A stretch of DNA of 64,000 nt from Escherichia phage DK-13. The notes beneath the pieces were generated by a model. It was not told the DNA's origin. It ran no database searches and saw nothing but the letters and a program-made list of their open reading frames with translations. The stretch lies in the sequence record MT611523.1, one strand, 5' to 3'. Made by a program: the position numbers and the translations under genes. Positions 29,580-37,783 of the stretch are shown here, one piece after another (within the stretch, counting starts at the first letter, position 1; each line of letters begins with the position of its first letter).

Positions 29580-29642
29580 AATAATTTCCTCAATAGATTA
29601 ATCAAAGGTCAGAACCATTATACCATCCTTGGTATAAAGCGT

Positions 29643-30167
29643 TTATGCGAGAACCGTCTTTAAACGCTCTTCAAACTTCTGAAGGAGTACCTGGCGCTCT
29701 GCTCTTTGTTTGGTATAGGTTTCAATACGCTCTGAAGTGAGATTGTATTGTTCATTAACTGATTCCCGCATGAATTCAGGAATCTCTTTACATGCTTTGA
29801 TTTCATTGAACTTATCAAGCACCGCTTGTTGTTCAGCAATCAGACCATCATAATATTGGATATCTGATTTGATGTTTTGTACATCAGATTCAGTAGGCAT
29901 ATTTTTCTTCGCTCTTGCCGCTTGATATTCTGCATTAGTCTCTCTTGACCAGAACAAAGAGCGGTTTTTGTTGGTGTTTTTATACACATCAACAATACCA
30001 ACTGAATCAACAGTCGCAATCCAGTTCCAGGCGTTTTTATAAGTCTGACCACCTGATACTGTAATCTCACCCGCACAAGCAACATCATTAAAGAACTTAC
30101 TTTGTGCTTCTGATTTAAAATTACCATTATTGTAATTAATCAGATTAAAGATTGATTTGGCTTCCAT
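29643..30167 (-). CDS. Hypothetical protein
   Basis: 174 aa ORF preceded by a family-B promoter cassette. Confidence 0.5.
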   Translation of the reverse strand: MEAKSIFNLINYNNGNFKSEAQSKFFNDVACAGEITVSGGQTYKNAWNWIATVDSVGIVDVYKNTNKNRSLFWSRETNAEYQAARAKKNMPTESDVQNIKSDIQYYDGLIAEQQAVLDKFNEIKACKEIPEFMRESVNEQYNLTSERIETYTKQRAERQVLLQKFEERLKTVLA

Positions 30168-30235
30168 TTTATTCTCCAGTATTTGGTAACTCAGTATGGG
30201 AACATTATACGTCTATCCCCATACTATGTACACAT
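30168..30235 (-). promoter_or_regulatory. PeSL-like early promoter cassette (family B)
   Basis: Minus strand GTGTACAT...TATAATGTTCCCATACTGAGTTACCAAATACTGGAGAATAAA then ATG. Confidence 0.45.
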
Positions 30236-30538
30236 TTAATTAAAAGTTCTTTCAGTATTTTCACCGCTGAACCAGACGCTCTTAACGGCTTGCTGGGCGC
30301 GATGGAGCTGCTCTGCCATATAAACACCAAGGGCCTCAGCTTTACGTGCCCTGTGAGCTTCTGCGGCGACTATTTGCAACTTATCCATCATGATAAGAGC
30401 TTTACATTTCTCCTTCAGAGCATATCGCTTCTTCTCTTCTGGGGTTTTGACCATTCCTCTTAACTTGTGCATTTTCAACTTAAAATGGTCAGCAGATTTC
30501 AGACATGCCTCAATCATGTCAAGTTCATACTTTTTCAT
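30236..30538 (-). CDS. Hypothetical protein
   Basis: 100 aa basic ORF. Confidence 0.45.
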   Translation of the reverse strand: MKKYELDMIEACLKSADHFKLKMHKLRGMVKTPEEKKRYALKEKCKALIMMDKLQIVAAEAHRARKAEALGVYMAEQLHRAQQAVKSVWFSGENTERTFN

Positions 30539-30544
30539 AATTCC

Positions 30545-30751
30545 TCACTTGCGACGACGTTTTGGTAATGGTTTAGGGAAGAACATTGCTTTACCTGCAG
30601 GGGTCAAAGTCACACGCAAAGCATTACCAATACCAAGGGATGCTTTAACCAGACCTTTGGCTTTTAACTCACCAAATGCTTGACGTTGTTCAGGGTCACG
30701 AGTGTTAACCATCAGACCTTTTTCACCAGCAGCTTTGATTAATTCTAACAT
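30545..30751 (-). CDS. Small basic protein
   Basis: 68 aa, C-terminal KPLPKRRRK tail. Confidence 0.45.
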   Translation of the reverse strand: MLELIKAAGEKGLMVNTRDPEQRQAFGELKAKGLVKASLGIGNALRVTLTPAGKAMFFPKPLPKRRRK

Positions 30752-30830
30752 TTTATTCTCCGTTTGTTTATTTGGTAACTCAGTATGGAATCATTATGCC
30801 TCATGACCATCTGGTTGTACACATATACTA
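30752..30830 (-). promoter_or_regulatory. PeSL-like early promoter cassette (family B)
   Basis: Minus strand GTGTACA-N18-CATAATGATTCCATACTGAGTTACCAAATAAACAAACGGAGAATAAA then ATG; shares the intergenic region with the divergent plus-strand collagen-like gene. Confidence 0.45.
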
Positions 30831-30868
30831 AATAAAAATACTTAATAAAACCATAAAGGAGAAAGTTT

Positions 30869-31615
30869 ATGATTTTATCCGGAAGAACTGTTGATGAACT
30901 CAATGAAAAAGTCCAGGCTGCCTTGGCTGATAATTGGTATTTGTTTGGTTCTACTATGGTGTTGCCGAATACCCCTACAGATAGCAAAGAGCGTTTTTTC
31001 CAAACTATGTCCAGCTCGGAAACTCAGATACCGGGTCCGCCTGGTCCCAAAGGAGAACCGGGTGTACCCGGACCAAAAGGAGACCCAGGTGGGGATGGAA
31101 AATCTTCTTATCAGATATGGCTTGACTTGGGAAATACAGGAACTGTTGATGATTTTTTAACTGATACAGCAGGAAAGAGGGAAAAATCCGAGGTGTTTTG
31201 GAGTGGTATAAACGTTCTATTAACTAATGGTACGACTTCAAACATAATTAGTGTTTTAAAGGGGATTCCACCGACTGCAGGGACTCTATCTCCGTTTTTT
31301 AGAACCACTGATGATAAGTTGTGGCCATATAACCAAGACAGAAGCCTAATGTTTAAACTCAACCTTATTGGTAATTTTGCAGGAGCCTCGCAAGCTCGAA
31401 GTATAACATTAAATTTCGTTGGAACCAACGGAAACACTTATATACAGAATCGTCCGGAAAATGCTACAGATATTTTGTCTTTTACAACGTTCTTTAGCAT
31501 TGATAAAGATGGGGCAATGGCAACCAATGGTACAGCTATAACTGTTATGCCAAATGGCGGCAACTTTACAATAACCTCCGCATTGTTAGTAGCCGAACAA
31601 ACAGTGACTTCATAA
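30869..31615 (+). CDS. Collagen-like repeat fibre protein (Gly-X-Y repeats plus globular C-terminal domain)
   Basis: 248 aa; GPPGPKGEPGVPGPKGDPGGDG followed by SSYQIWLDLGNTGTVDDFL (post-collagen fibre motif); strong RBS AAGGAGAAAGTTT-ATG; only plus-strand gene in a 59 kb minus-strand block. Confidence 0.7.
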   Translation: MILSGRTVDELNEKVQAALADNWYLFGSTMVLPNTPTDSKERFFQTMSSSETQIPGPPGPKGEPGVPGPKGDPGGDGKSSYQIWLDLGNTGTVDDFLTDTAGKREKSEVFWSGINVLLTNGTTSNIISVLKGIPPTAGTLSPFFRTTDDKLWPYNQDRSLMFKLNLIGNFAGASQARSITLNFVGTNGNTYIQNRPENATDILSFTTFFSIDKDGAMATNGTAITVMPNGGNFTITSALLVAEQTVTS

Positions 31616-31640
31616 ACAAAAAAGGGCCATCCGGCCCTTA
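31615..31640 (-). terminator. Hairpin terminator at convergent gene ends
   Basis: AGGGCC-ATCC-GGCCCT stem-loop; U-run follows on the minus strand; lies directly 3' of the plus-strand collagen-like gene stop as well. Confidence 0.55.
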
Positions 31641-31880
31641 GATTGCACTCCAAAAATTATGGAATCTTATAGTATTGATAGCCCAGTTAACAAACCTGCG
31701 AGTTTGTTTGGGAGTTGGTTTGCATATGTACTTATTGTTGATTCGTCTGCCAGTTTCCCGACAGACTGCTTCGAGATACCAGCGCCGACCTTTATTAGGT
31801 CTTCCGTATGATAAGAAGACCTTCATTTCTTCATTAACGATAATAGGAATTGTGGTTGTCAAGGTATACCTCTTCAACAA
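31638..31880 (-). CDS. Hypothetical basic protein
   Basis: 80 aa ORF; overlaps the 3' end of the NTase gene. Confidence 0.4.
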   Translation of the reverse strand: MLKRYTLTTTIPIIVNEEMKVFLSYGRPNKGRRWYLEAVCRETGRRINNKYICKPTPKQTRRFVNWAINTIRFHNFWSAI

Positions 31881-32844
31881 ACTTGTCCCAGAACTTCATG
31901 TCTACCTTATCAGGCATACCATTCTTAGCAGCCTGGATGGCCAGAACTTCAACTAAATCGACAGTATCTTCAAGAAGTTCTTGAACTTCTTTAAATGGTA
32001 ATTCACCAGCTTTAATCAGCTTAATGATAGAGGCTTCACGCAATGGGAATACCAAGTCACCTGTTTGGTAGATTTCCATCAATTGATACCCTGCACGATA
32101 AGCATGGCTCAGTGCTTTCCAATCAATACCTTCGTTAGCTTCTGCTTTACGAGCACGTTCACCATATTCGGCGTCGAGTTTATTCAGAGATTGCTTGAGC
32201 TCGATTAATGACAGAGTAGTTTGGTATTTACGACCGAGGACAGTATAGAACGTTTGAGGACCTGTTTTCTCATGGTTATGAAATACCCATTCGCAGAACT
32301 CGTTTTCAGGGAGTCTGTGTTTGATATCTTCTACCTTAGTACGTCGTTGCTTAGCGGAACCATCTTCTTGATAGTCAACCCATTGTTCAGGAATCTGGTT
32401 AACAATTTCCAATACACCACGCAGTGCAGCCAATCGAGAACCTTTAACACCATATTTGGAAGCTTGCTTACGGACGTACCCCAAATAGGCTTTCATGTTA
32501 GTTGTATAGAACCGTGAACGGTTGTCCTGAATAAACTTCCATACATCTGGTAAATCGGATTTGACTACCAGGTCAGCCGGGGTGTGAATCATATCCAGAG
32601 CAACGGTTTCGCCATCGGCCGCCAGTTTAAAGAAATATTTCAGACTATAAAGTTCATGGTCAACATCATCTTTTGTATTTTTGGTGGCCGTGTTATTCGT
32701 GTTCAGGTTGGTATGGTTCATCGCCGTCCCAAGTAGAATATCACGAGGATGCGGAACAAAGATTTCTTTAAAATCGACATCAGATTCTGGGGTACTTGTT
32801 CCATAAAGGTGGCTACCGAAGTAGCCTTTCATAACTGTTCTCAT
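31834..32844 (-). CDS. Predicted nucleotidyltransferase (Pol-beta superfamily)
   Basis: GSHLYGTSTPESDVDF matches the G[SG]-x9-13-DxD NTase signature with a downstream acidic residue (VALDMIH); start taken at MRTVMKGYFG, overlapping the upstream stop as ATGA. Confidence 0.55.
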   Translation of the reverse strand: MRTVMKGYFGSHLYGTSTPESDVDFKEIFVPHPRDILLGTAMNHTNLNTNNTATKNTKDDVDHELYSLKYFFKLAADGETVALDMIHTPADLVVKSDLPDVWKFIQDNRSRFYTTNMKAYLGYVRKQASKYGVKGSRLAALRGVLEIVNQIPEQWVDYQEDGSAKQRRTKVEDIKHRLPENEFCEWVFHNHEKTGPQTFYTVLGRKYQTTLSLIELKQSLNKLDAEYGERARKAEANEGIDWKALSHAYRAGYQLMEIYQTGDLVFPLREASIIKLIKAGELPFKEVQELLEDTVDLVEVLAIQAAKNGMPDKVDMKFWDKFVEEVYLDNHNSYYR

Positions 32845-33293
32845 TTTTTGTCCTCGAAGTGGATTACAGGACACATCTTAGATTTACGAGCTTTAATGTA
32901 TTGAATAACGATGTTTTCTTTAGTTTCCTTTCCTTCACGTTTGGCTAGAATACGTTGCCATTCCTTTTCTTCTTTACGTAAATCATACCATGCGTGTAAA
33001 TTCATCGCACCTAATGCCAAACCAATGGATAGTGCAATAATAAGAGCTATTGCAACCAACCCTAAAACAAACCCTAGACTCAACAGAACAGGAGTACTTA
33101 ATACAAAGAAATTCTCTAATACACCAACGCCTGCAACAGTTAATCCGAAAAGCGTACCACCTGCAACAACAGCACAAGCAAAACAAGCCCAAACCATTTT
33201 CCAGAAATAAGCACATAGAGAGTGCGGTCGAGAATGACTGTCATAAAAACGGTCATGTAATTTAACGTGCCAAGAGTTTGCATTGATAATCAT
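32841..33293 (-). CDS. Membrane protein
   Basis: 150 aa; two to three hydrophobic helices, basic C-terminus. Confidence 0.5.
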   Translation of the reverse strand: MIINANSWHVKLHDRFYDSHSRPHSLCAYFWKMVWACFACAVVAGGTLFGLTVAGVGVLENFFVLSTPVLLSLGFVLGLVAIALIIALSIGLALGAMNLHAWYDLRKEEKEWQRILAKREGKETKENIVIQYIKARKSKMCPVIHFEDKK

Positions 33294-33303
33294 AATATTT
33301 TCC

Positions 33304-33864
33304 TTAAGAGTTCATAGTTGGGATAACAGAGTTCAGATAAGAGACTAAAACTTTTAGCTCGTCCTTAGTAAATACCACTTCATTAAAACCATCGTGTACT
33401 TGGGTAATACATAGTTGGTCACGACCGCCATGTTGAACAACAGCCAGTTCAGTATTATAATTCAATTCTTCTTCGTCGCCATCAAAGGTTTCACTGGAGC
33501 GAATCAGCGCATCTTGACCTGGTACTTTCCATTCAACTTCTGGCTTGCATTCTTCCTGGAAGAGTTTGAAAATACAATCAAAGAATTTATCAGAATCGCT
33601 AATGCTTAAGCATTCTGTATCGGTTTCAATATTAAACCCATCTTCATTTTTATAAACTTTGACCCATAAATCATAATTGATATCAAACGATGCACTATGA
33701 CGTCCACCAAGATAATCCTGTTTATCTAAAACCTTTAAATCATAAAGCGGTTTAATATCTTGGATAGTCAGTACGATTTTATCGTCTTCTTGACAAAGTT
33801 CAATTGCATTATTAACTACTTCAGCGGTCAGTTCGCCAAACAATTCAGTTGTTTCAATAATCAT
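33304..33864 (-). CDS. Hypothetical acidic protein
   Basis: 186 aa ORF. Confidence 0.5.
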   Translation of the reverse strand: MIIETTELFGELTAEVVNNAIELCQEDDKIVLTIQDIKPLYDLKVLDKQDYLGGRHSASFDINYDLWVKVYKNEDGFNIETDTECLSISDSDKFFDCIFKLFQEECKPEVEWKVPGQDALIRSSETFDGDEEELNYNTELAVVQHGGRDQLCITQVHDGFNEVVFTKDELKVLVSYLNSVIPTMNS

Positions 33865-33874
33865 TTTCTGTTCC

Positions 33875-34165
33875 TCAACGGTTATGTTTTAAAATACTAT
33901 AAAGTGCTTCTACTTGGCTTGCATCCAGGTAAATAACATCATCATCTTGCTCAATGGAAATCCCACCGGTATTTCCTTTAACAAAATTACATTCGCATAC
34001 TTCAACTGGGCGGTATACGTCACCAACTGGATGCTCAGGCTCCAGAACAATCACACCATTTTCAGAATTACCACTTGGGTCATATAACATTACAGTTTCC
34101 TCGCTAACCATGAAAAGAATAAACCAATTAAAACAGGCCCTACAGCCATTGTTAACCAAGCCCAA
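33875..34165 (-). CDS. Hypothetical protein
   Basis: 96 aa ORF. Confidence 0.4.
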   Translation of the reverse strand: MGLVNNGCRACFNWFILFMVSEETVMLYDPSGNSENGVIVLEPEHPVGDVYRPVEVCECNFVKGNTGGISIEQDDDVIYLDASQVEALYSILKHNR

Positions 34166-34181
34166 GGTTCAAGATAGTAAA

Positions 34182-34439
34182 TCATCTCATGCTCCTGTGC
34201 CAGCAATTTCGTGGCTCACGTTTAAAAATTTTGTCGTGCATTGATTGACAACCAACACAATATATCACACCTTTAATCGCTTGTCTCCGCGCTTCAGGAA
34301 TTTTTTCGTCGCAGTCAAAACAGAATTCAGCAGACTCCCTTTCAACTGCAACTTGTGCTCTCGCATGGGTGATAGCGGCTTGGACAACCGCTTCCATCTC
34401 TAACTGTTCAGCACCATCTTTTGCAAATCCAACAGCCAT
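34182..34439 (-). CDS. DksA/TraR-family C4 zinc-finger protein
   Basis: 85 aa; CFDCDEKIPEARRQAIKGVIYCVGCQ matches the TraR/DksA C-terminal zinc finger. Confidence 0.5.
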   Translation of the reverse strand: MAVGFAKDGAEQLEMEAVVQAAITHARAQVAVERESAEFCFDCDEKIPEARRQAIKGVIYCVGCQSMHDKIFKREPRNCWHRSMR

Positions 34440-34621
34440 TATTCTTTCAACTCATTCAGATAAGCAATTAATTCTTCTTTAGAACTATTCAAATCACGCT
34501 TGCACTGCTCTATTCCAGAATATGAATAACCTTCACAATATTCAACAGCCAGGTCATTAGCAGCATTTTCAATATGCCATGCGAGTTTAATAATTTTTTC
34601 AATTTGTTCAGTAGTTAACAT
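34439..34621 (-). CDS. Hypothetical protein
   Basis: 60 aa ORF; start overlaps upstream stop. Confidence 0.4.
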   Translation of the reverse strand: MLTTEQIEKIIKLAWHIENAANDLAVEYCEGYSYSGIEQCKRDLNSSKEELIAYLNELKE

Positions 34622-34625
34622 AATG

Positions 34626-34862
34626 TCACCAGTATTTGTTAATGGTAGAAATTAATTCTTGGACTTGAGTGGTCTTCAGCTTGCACCCACAACCCTTTAA
34701 GGTGTCTTTAAGGAGCCATGGTTCCTTGAGCTCATCCTTTTCCAGGCGGATTCTATATCCGCGGTAATCAGCAAATATGCTTCCGTCATCAAATATCTTA
34801 ATTTCAAGAATATGATTATTGGTTTCATATTCCAATGAAACCATGGTATTTGTAAGTTTCAT
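34626..34862 (-). CDS. Hypothetical protein
   Basis: 78 aa ORF. Confidence 0.4.
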   Translation of the reverse strand: MKLTNTMVSLEYETNNHILEIKIFDDGSIFADYRGYRIRLEKDELKEPWLLKDTLKGCGCKLKTTQVQELISTINKYW

Positions 34863-35065
34863 TATTCCACCACATATGATAATGAGAAAATTGCTGATGA
34901 AAGATGGGTAGCATCTTCTTCACACAGTTCAAATGGAGCTTTCTGTAAGAGTTCAACCACTTCTTCATCAGTGGCACTGTCCATAAAGATTGCATAATTA
35001 TTAAGATAGATAACAACCTCATCACCAGTATTAACTGCATCAATCTTGATATTTTTAATTCTCAT
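34862..35065 (-). CDS. Hypothetical protein
   Basis: 67 aa ORF preceded by a family-A promoter cassette. Confidence 0.45.
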   Translation of the reverse strand: MRIKNIKIDAVNTGDEVVIYLNNYAIFMDSATDEEVVELLQKAPFELCEEDATHLSSAIFSLSYVVE

Positions 35066-35130
35066 TGTGTTCTCCTCAGTAGTTGATGGGATAATAGTAC
35101 ACCCTTTTTATGGTGATGTAAACCCCCTAA
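35066..35130 (-). promoter_or_regulatory. Early promoter cassette (family A)
   Basis: Minus strand GTTTAC-N18-TACTAT then conserved leader TATCCCATCAACTACTGAGGAG then ATG. Confidence 0.5.
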
Positions 35131-35132
35131 AT

Positions 35133-35160
35133 GAAAAAAGGTCCACCCGAAGGCAGACCT
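35133..35160 (-). terminator. Rho-independent terminator
   Basis: GGTC...GACC hairpin followed on the minus strand by TTTTTT, just 3' of the gene ending at 35167. Confidence 0.5.
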
Positions 35161-35166
35161 TTTGAA

Positions 35167-35550
35167 TTACTCTAGTGTTAACAGATACTTAGTCTGAAAG
35201 AAAACTCCAACGATATCGTCCAGAGTCGATTGAATAGCCTTGGGTACAACTTTATAGACTCTTTCCGAGCTTTTAATCATTTCATCTAAAAACAAAATTG
35301 TATCTTTCGGCAAGTCCGAGGCGGACGGTAATGCAGCTTTGTATTGTTTCCCGCTGTAACCTAACCATTGCTCACTGAACTGGTCGAGTGGACCTTGGAT
35401 TTCTGTGAAGTAGAAATCATAAGCTTTATGGCGGGCGTAACTTTTGGTTTCAAGATGGGCGGACTTAAAATAAGCCAAAGAGACTAACAACCACCCAATA
35501 TATGAATCCACCTCAGACCCACGACCCGTTACGAAATCATCAAATTTCAT
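35167..35550 (-). CDS. Hypothetical protein
   Basis: 127 aa ORF. Confidence 0.5.
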   Translation of the reverse strand: MKFDDFVTGRGSEVDSYIGWLLVSLAYFKSAHLETKSYARHKAYDFYFTEIQGPLDQFSEQWLGYSGKQYKAALPSASDLPKDTILFLDEMIKSSERVYKVVPKAIQSTLDDIVGVFFQTKYLLTLE

Positions 35551-35833
35551 CTTCCAATTTTACCTTCATTAATTTAGCGTACTCTCTCGCCGCAGCTTTA
35601 CCATCGCTTTTGCAGGTAATTTCAGTTTCGCATTGGCTTTTGTTGTTCCATTCAGTCTTGATAAACGCCCAGAACTGTTCGGATTGGTGCACGCTTGGTT
35701 CTTTGAATTGCGAATAAATCTTCATCGCACTATCTGCATATTGGGTAAACTTCCCATCTGTTGCAGAGGACAGATTTGGACCTAAACAGCCCAGGATTAT
35801 TAGACTTAATGAAAGTCCTCGAATAAGGTCCAT
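35540..35833 (-). CDS. Secreted/periplasmic protein
   Basis: 97 aa; signal peptide MDLIRGLSLSLIILGCLGPNLSSA. Confidence 0.5.
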   Translation of the reverse strand: MDLIRGLSLSLIILGCLGPNLSSATDGKFTQYADSAMKIYSQFKEPSVHQSEQFWAFIKTEWNNKSQCETEITCKSDGKAAAREYAKLMKVKLEDEI

Positions 35834-35905
35834 AAGGACTCCTATTGTTGGTCATGATTACGCTTTGCAGCCTTAACATAGCGGAATACTAGTTAGTAAC
35901 TGTAT

Positions 35906-36181
35906 TTATAATCTTTTAAAATTAAAGCAGTACTCTGAAAATAAACTTGCAAAATTACGTTCGACCCAGACCCGTTGTTTTGGGCTGGTAATCGTTGACA
36001 AATAGTACGCTTGTTGCAGGCTTATTCCGTTTTTATTCGGGCACTCTTTGTTGAACGAGTGATAGGTACTTGCAACGATTTCGACTTCGCGCTCATACCT
36101 TTCCTGGTCCTGTTGCATAGGAACAAAAACCAAAACCAGGAATATCAAAATAGAGATATACGTCCAAACCTTGTATACCAT
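35906..36181 (-). CDS. Membrane-anchored protein
   Basis: 91 aa; N-terminal hydrophobic helix. Confidence 0.45.
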   Translation of the reverse strand: MVYKVWTYISILIFLVLVFVPMQQDQERYEREVEIVASTYHSFNKECPNKNGISLQQAYYLSTITSPKQRVWVERNFASLFSEYCFNFKRL

Positions 36182-36188
36182 GCGAACC

Positions 36189-36761
36189 TCAGCTTGTTAA
36201 TTCGAGCCAATGTTTTCTGCACAAAGATACGTACGATTCATTCCCACCGACCAATACTTGCTCGCCGTCCTTTACAGCAGCACCGTCGATTACTCGAGCG
36301 GTCATGGTTGCTTTCCGGCCGCAATGACAGACGCCCTTTAATTCAACCAGTTTATCCGAAATAGCCAGAAGTCTGGCCGAACCGGGAAATAATTGACCCC
36401 GAAAATCTGTTCTTAACCCGTAACACATAACGGGAATATTGTAATTATCAACCACTTGAGCTAACTGGTCAATTTGCTCTGGTAACAAAAATTGAGCTTC
36501 ATCGACCAGGACACAATGGATATCCTTTTGAGACTCGGCCCATTTATAGAATTCAAACAGGTTCATGTCGGCCGTTACCAGGTTTGCTTCCTGGCTAATA
36601 CCGATGCGTGATTTAATTTCGCCTTCCGAGTCCCGATTATCAATAACAGGTTTTAGCAAAAGCACACTCATTCCACGCTCTTTATAGGAATAAGCTGCAG
36701 TCAGCAATGAAGCTGTTTTGCCTGCATTCATTGCTGCGTAATGATAAATTAAACTCGCCAT
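36189..36761 (-). CDS. tk: Thymidine kinase
   Basis: 190 aa; P-loop AAMNAGKTASLL and C-terminal Cys zinc ribbon; T4 Tk-like. Confidence 0.9.
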   Translation of the reverse strand: MASLIYHYAAMNAGKTASLLTAAYSYKERGMSVLLLKPVIDNRDSEGEIKSRIGISQEANLVTADMNLFEFYKWAESQKDIHCVLVDEAQFLLPEQIDQLAQVVDNYNIPVMCYGLRTDFRGQLFPGSARLLAISDKLVELKGVCHCGRKATMTARVIDGAAVKDGEQVLVGGNESYVSLCRKHWLELTS

Positions 36762-36770
36762 ATCACCTTC

Positions 36771-36956
36771 TTAAAGCGTATTCACATAAGCTATTAATTC
36801 GTTTTCTTTCGCATCAAATCGATTGGCAAATTCTTCCTGATGTTCGGCATCTATTGGACCGTATTCATCATAAAAGGCGTTTGCTTCTGTATGCTCATCC
36901 AAAAGCTCATGGATAAGCTCAAATAATCTACTTTTCTGACTAATGCTTAAACTCAT
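36771..36956 (-). CDS. Hypothetical protein (tk.x)
   Basis: 61 aa acidic ORF. Confidence 0.4.
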   Translation of the reverse strand: MSLSISQKSRLFELIHELLDEHTEANAFYDEYGPIDAEHQEEFANRFDAKENELIAYVNTL

Positions 36957-37159
36957 TTCGGTTCCCCATATCGCACAAATTTAGGATGTTCGCAATAACC
37001 AGAATGAAAACCTTCACCCTTATGATTAGAACATCCTTTATTAGAACAGTACCACCAGTAATCAAATTCACATTCCATTTCATCGTTGCACAAAGCTGCG
37101 ATTACTGGCCATTCACATTTTTCACATTTGGCCGTTTTAAGAATTCGGGCTTGGCTCAT
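36953..37159 (-). CDS. Cys-rich small protein (tk.x)
   Basis: 68 aa with multiple CxxC-like motifs. Confidence 0.45.
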   Translation of the reverse strand: MSQARILKTAKCEKCEWPVIAALCNDEMECEFDYWWYCSNKGCSNHKGEGFHSGYCEHPKFVRYGEPK

Positions 37160-37332
37160 AATTCAATTCCGTCCATAGCCAAAATTCTTTTTCGTTGGGC
37201 CTTGAGAGCCTCGGCAGCTTGGTCATAATCTTCTTTACTGCCGTGGGGTTGTAAAGCTGCCACCTTTTTAGCTAAATGAATAAGCTTATCTAAGTTTTCA
37301 ACAATACGTTCTTGTTCTTCATTCAGGCTCAT
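37156..37332 (-). CDS. Small hypothetical protein (58 aa)
   Basis: Hand-translated ORF MSLNEEQERIVENLDKLIHLAKKVAALQPHGSKEDYDQAAEALKAQRKRILAMDGIEL; stop overlaps the next start; coordinates approximate. Confidence 0.3.
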   Translation of the reverse strand: MSLNEEQERIVENLDKLIHLAKKVAALQPHGSKEDYDQAAEALKAQRKRILAMDGIEL

Positions 37333-37783
37333 AATCCACCACTATCAAATCAATGTCAGGGGTAAAAATATCAATTAACATAGAGACCTTTTCCCAATCT
37401 CCACCTGCAATACCACATCCAATCCGTGGGATATAAACCACTGGTCGGAATAGTGTTCCTTCACTCAGGACTCGATTTAATTCTACCATACAATTTACTA
37501 AAGCATGATAATCAAGATTTGGTCCTGGTTCATATTGGGTGTAAAGATTAAAGCAAGTTGACGGACCTCGGGAATATTTGAAAACAATAGACATATCGCC
37601 TAGTTTTCCTCTGTAACCATAGTCGGTTGAGGTTTTGTCTATTTCTAAAATCCTTGGATAAGCCTTCGCCAACTGACCAGCTACTCCTGAACCCATTGTA
37701 TGGAAGCAATTGCAACCATGTGCAATGTTTTTACCACTAAGAAAGAGGGCGACGATATCGCCCTTAATATACTGGGTAATCAT
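37319..37783 (-). CDS. Macro-domain-like protein (putative ADP-ribose binding/processing)
   Basis: 154 aa; GDIVAL...NIAHGCNCFHTMGSGVAGQL and IPRIGCGIAGGDWEKV align to the two glycine-rich ADP-ribose-binding loops of macro domains. Confidence 0.5.
   Translation of the reverse strand: MITQYIKGDIVALFLSGKNIAHGCNCFHTMGSGVAGQLAKAYPRILEIDKTSTDYGYRGKLGDMSIVFKYSRGPSTCFNLYTQYEPGPNLDYHALVNCMVELNRVLSEGTLFRPVVYIPRIGCGIAGGDWEKVSMLIDIFTPDIDLIVVDYEPE

Noticed and set aside
30999-31080. Gly-X-Y triplet DNA as a possible tandem repeat or CRISPR-like array
   Set aside because: Repeats are in-frame coding triplets of a collagen-like protein with degenerate third positions; no spacer/repeat architecture.
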